From positions 304,599-368,598 of the forward strand of contig CAVVJQ010000003.1 of NCBI GenBank assembly GCA_963748615.1: DNA of 64,000 nucleotides. The letters run 5' to 3'. Positions 60,696 through 64,000 of the stretch are shown piece after piece. The DNA is from an uncultured Thermoplasmata archaeon. Its GTDB lineage: Archaea > Thermoplasmatota > Thermoplasmata > UBA10834. A program made the translations under genes and the position numbers. The stretch's first letter is position 1. Every line of letters starts with the position of its first letter. Under the pieces are notes generated by a model. It did no database searches. It was not told the origin of the DNA and saw only the letters and a program-made list of their open reading frames with translations.

Positions 60696-62124
60696 TTACG
60701 CTGAGCGCGTTATGTTTGCATTTCTCATGCGAAGCGAGGGCAGTGTGGATGGCGGAGCAGCTTCGTCCCACCAGAAGACCTCTTGGGCGGTCTTTGTTAT
60801 GCCGTCCACAGTTCTTCCAGAGATTGAGCATGTTGTCGCTCACCCGGATATTCTTCACAGAGCCAACGATCTCCCCGTCCCGTATCTGCAGGATGGCGTC
60901 TCGTGGGATCGTCGAGAAATCACCCTTCGAATAGCTCTGGAACCTGGTGTACCAGGCGTTGTTCAGGTAGAGGCCGGACGCGGTATCCTCTATCAACTCG
61001 TCCAACTTCCAGCATCCTGGCTCCAGTATGGGATGGAAGGCGGTCGGCTGTCCAGGTGTATCGAAGGTAGATGGGACGAGGGACCCCATGTTGCCAGTGG
61101 GCTTAGCCTTGAACTTCTTCGCGGTTGCCGTGCTATGAAGATATGTCTTGAGGACTCCATCCTTGATCACGACGTTCCGCCTAGTGGGTCGACCCTCGTG
61201 GTCGAACGATCTTCGAGATATGGATACGATCGTCGGGTCATCCACGAACGTGACATCTTCAGACATAACCTTCTTCCCGACCTTCTTCGCAAACATCGAC
61301 ATGCCGATATCCACAGCGAAAGCCGACATCATGAGGGTGGTCGAATGCGTCAGGCTTCCCAGGAACAACGGTTCGACGATGATGTCGGTCTTGCCAATAT
61401 CGCCCTGGATGGGATTCCTAGCCTTTCTCGCCAGAATCCCTGCGCGGACTCCGGTGCCTTTTGCATCCATCTTGGCGATGCGGGGAACGCAACAGACCGC
61501 GTGGCCAGAGGCTTCCGGCTCCGAGAATGCACGGACGGAGAGTTCGACGGACGCGGACTCATCATTCGCGTACGCGCCCCCGGAGCTCGCGATGCCGGTC
61601 CGGTGATGTCGCGCGAAGAATGTCCCGCCGACCTCGACCGCTCCCTCGGACTCTGCGCCAGATATCGCATCGTAGACGAACTTCGCAGGAGACCGAATGT
61701 CCGTGATCTTCTTGTCCGCAATGGATCGTTTGTACTTGAATCGGCCACTCGGGATGCCGCGATAGTTCTTGTTCTCAGGGGCGATCCTCGCGGCCTGGAC
61801 TGCAGCTGGGACCGCATCCAGCGCGTGGTCGATGTCCCTCAGGTCCGTGGCGAAGTTCTTCTTGCCTACCGCGACGAAGAGAACCGCGTGATGCTCCCGC
61901 CACATGTTGGAAGCATCGATGCGGTTGGATGAATACCGGATCTGATTGGTCCTGGACTCGATCACTTCGCATATGGCGTCGTCTGCGCCGAGGCTGCGGG
62001 CCTTCTGGACGATCTCCTCGGCCGTTTCCTTGAAGCCTTTCAAGAGAGAGTCACCCCCCTCAAGCGCATCATCGGGCCGCCCGTGAACACCGCCATGCTC
62101 TGGATCGGGTCGCCCTTCCCACAT
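60696..62124 (-). CDS. pmbA: TldE/PmbA-like metalloprotease partner with apparent 1-nt frameshift near 60810
   Basis: PmbA/TldD fold through ...RDGEIVGSVKNIRVSDNMLNLWKN. The family C-terminus (VDGITKTAQE...PPSTLPSLRMRNANITRSA*) continues in the +1 frame and ends 45 nt beyond the convergent S8e gene. The listed ORF's extra 220 codons are antisense to S8e and the phosphoesterase. Confidence 0.6.
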
Positions 62125-63482
62125 TCCGCAGCCTGGTATTCGACATTCTTGGACACCGCATCCAGGGAACCCCAGAACTCAGGGGTCGTTATCTCGAGAA
62201 CGCACTTTCTCGCTGGCCCAGCCAATTCGCCATCCTTGATGAAATAGGCCTCGCGAGAGACGTATTTCTGATTGAACCTCTTGTCATCGATGTTCCATTC
62301 GGTGAACGAGTGCATCAACACGCCCGACTTCACCGACCCGAATATCTCATCATCCTCGAAATCGCCAGGGGCGACATACGTGTTCGCCATACGGACTATC
62401 GGCTCCTGAAGGTACGTTTCGGACCTTGAGGAACCATTGCTGGTCGTGCCCAGCCTACCAGCGGTCTCCCTGTTGGTATAGAACTCATTGATGATGCCCG
62501 CCTTGTAAAGGTATCGCGGATGGGCCTTCACCCCTTCCTGATCATATGCATAGTAACCGTACGAGTTCCGGACCGTCGGGTCGTCTATGACCGTCGCATA
62601 TTCCGAGCCTATCCTCGAACCGATCATATCCGGGGAAACGAATGATTTGCCAGCTTGGGACATCTCTCGCCCCAGTATACGGTCAGCCTCCATAGGGTGC
62701 CCGCAGGATTCATGAGCAGCAATGCCAGCCACCTCGGGGCCACAGACAAGGTCATACTTGCCAGGCTTCACCGGTTTGCCATGCTCGATCATCTTCTTCA
62801 GCATGTGCACCTCCTTGTCGAGCGCGTTCGGAATGTCCCATCCCTCGGCGATCTCCCAGCCACCGGTTCCGCCCCATTCCCTCATCGATTGTTCGCTCTG
62901 ACCTTTCGAGGAGACCACCAGGAACGAATCGAACCTCAGCCTGGGCAGACGCGATGAGATCATTGACCCTTCGGAGTTGGCGAAATAGCTCTCGATCCGG
63001 GCATCGCGGAGCTCGAGGAATCTCCCCTGGATCTTCACCTTCGAACCCATGATGGACTTGTCGACCCCTTTGAGGAACTCGACCCTGTCGTCGATCGTCA
63101 TGTCTGCGATGGGTTTGGACTCGCCGACCGACCAACTCGTGGTGACGGTGGGTTCGTCCGAGAAGGAGATTGGCTCCTTCAGGTTGACGTTCCTTGCCAG
63201 TTTGAACGCCTTGTCCGCCATCGCCTTACCGATCTCACTCGAGATGCCGTTCGTGCTTGCAAAGCCTATCCCAGTCGGAAGGACCACGCGGACGTTCATT
63301 CCGATATCCCTGTTCGATCCGAGACTGCTGACCACTCCGGACTGAACCGTGACATCCGTCCTCTCAGAGACTTCCATACGGACCTCCACCAGTTTCGCAT
63401 TTGCGAACGAGCGTGCATAGTCAAGGACCGTTTCTGCGATATCTTCGTCAATCACAACCTCGCCTCGGCCAGGTAATCGCAT
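62040..63482 (-). CDS. tldD: TldD-family metalloprotease
   Basis: HESCGHPME is the HExxxH-type motif. Conserved C-terminus ...ECGKGDP...GGPMMRLRGVTLS. Start set at MRLPGRGEVV. Confidence 0.8.
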   Translation of the reverse strand: MRLPGRGEVVIDEDIAETVLDYARSFANAKLVEVRMEVSERTDVTVQSGVVSSLGSNRDIGMNVRVVLPTGIGFASTNGISSEIGKAMADKAFKLARNVNLKEPISFSDEPTVTTSWSVGESKPIADMTIDDRVEFLKGVDKSIMGSKVKIQGRFLELRDARIESYFANSEGSMISSRLPRLRFDSFLVVSSKGQSEQSMREWGGTGGWEIAEGWDIPNALDKEVHMLKKMIEHGKPVKPGKYDLVCGPEVAGIAAHESCGHPMEADRILGREMSQAGKSFVSPDMIGSRIGSEYATVIDDPTVRNSYGYYAYDQEGVKAHPRYLYKAGIINEFYTNRETAGRLGTTSNGSSRSETYLQEPIVRMANTYVAPGDFEDDEIFGSVKSGVLMHSFTEWNIDDKRFNQKYVSREAYFIKDGELAGPARKCVLEITTPEFWGSLDAVSKNVEYQAAECGKGDPIQSMAVFTGGPMMRLRGVTLS

Positions 63483-63562
63483 AGTCCAGTAGATAAGAGT
63501 ACTTCCGAACGTGCGGACCGACAGGATTAGATATGGGTGGGACGTTTGGACAAATGAGCCAT

Positions 63563-63859
63563 ATGACCGTAGACCCTGAGAAAGCCATCGTCCTCTGGCC
63601 GACTTATTTCGACGTGAAGATAAGCAGGGAGGATGGACGGCGAGTGCCAAGGAGGGACGCCATCGATGCACCTACCGCACATATGCTTTATCAGGCGGTG
63701 AGGGCCCTCGACCTCGATTGTATACTCGAACTCGAAAAGGCGTATCCGAGGTTCTGGTACAGGAAAGAGGGAAGAGTGCTTGTGGAGCCCAAGCTGGACA
63801 AGAAGAAGTTGGTTGCCGAGGTGGCAGCTAGACTGAAGACGGTACCCCGCGAAAAGTAG
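63563..63859 (+). CDS. srp19: signal recognition particle protein SRP19
   Basis: IVLWPTYFD...SREDGRRVP is the SRP19 signature. ~98 aa. The start could alternatively be 63554. Confidence 0.75.
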   Translation: MTVDPEKAIVLWPTYFDVKISREDGRRVPRRDAIDAPTAHMLYQAVRALDLDCILELEKAYPRFWYRKEGRVLVEPKLDKKKLVAEVAARLKTVPREK

Positions 63860-64000
63860 GTCGGAACTCAACGGTCCTGAGGGGTCTCCACTTCTTCGAC
63901 GAGCATCTTGCCCGCGGACACGCTGTCGACCGAGTGTATCACCGCTCCGCAATCGGAGATGGTCTCCTCGAGACTCTCGAAATCGATTGCGTTGCCGACG

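Noticed and set aside
63527-63952. 141-aa minus-strand ORF
   Set aside because: It is antisense to the SRP19 gene, which carries the conserved WPxYFD/GRRVP signature.

Overview
This 64 kb window reads as a chromosomal segment from a euryarchaeon, probably Thermoplasmata-like, with roughly 55-58% GC. The evidence for archaeal origin is an unlinked 16S rRNA with archaeal signatures, an archaeal str operon (S12-S7-EF2-EF1alpha-S10), archaeal proteins (aIF2beta, Pth2, Pcc1, ArcTGT, S8e, SRP19) and an intron-containing tRNA-Ser.

The housekeeping backbone also carries tRNA-Ala(UGC) and tRNA-Gln(UUG), a four-subunit group-3b sulfhydrogenase-like NiFe hydrogenase operon with its maturation protease, CTP synthase, a TldD/PmbA pair and several transporters. 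Two large multi-PAS/GAF histidine kinases are present; one is paired with a receiver-V4R response regulator.

The accessory content is more interesting:
- A ~3.5 kb NADH-oxidase plus catalase islet sits at the 3' end of tRNA-Ala. It is bracketed by a perfect 26-nt direct repeat of the tRNA 3' end and contains a second, diverged tRNA-like element.
- A membrane-anchored giant protein (1794 aa) fuses a family-5 solute-binding domain to about 12 PKD domains. It is encoded next to OppB/OppC-like ABC permeases and a second PKD-rich anchored protein, with no ATPase gene nearby. A paralogous SBP-PKD protein lies elsewhere in the window.
- A Kelch beta-propeller/coiled-coil/TM surface protein has its signal peptide in a different reading frame.
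- A PmbA-like gene has an apparent 1-nt frameshift.
- aIF2beta is fused to a TRAM domain.
- A low-GC two-gene cassette of unknown function lies beside an MccF-like LD-carboxypeptidase.

Many long ORFs in the six-frame track are antisense shadows of strongly codon-biased genes. No CRISPR array, integrase or transposase was recognised.
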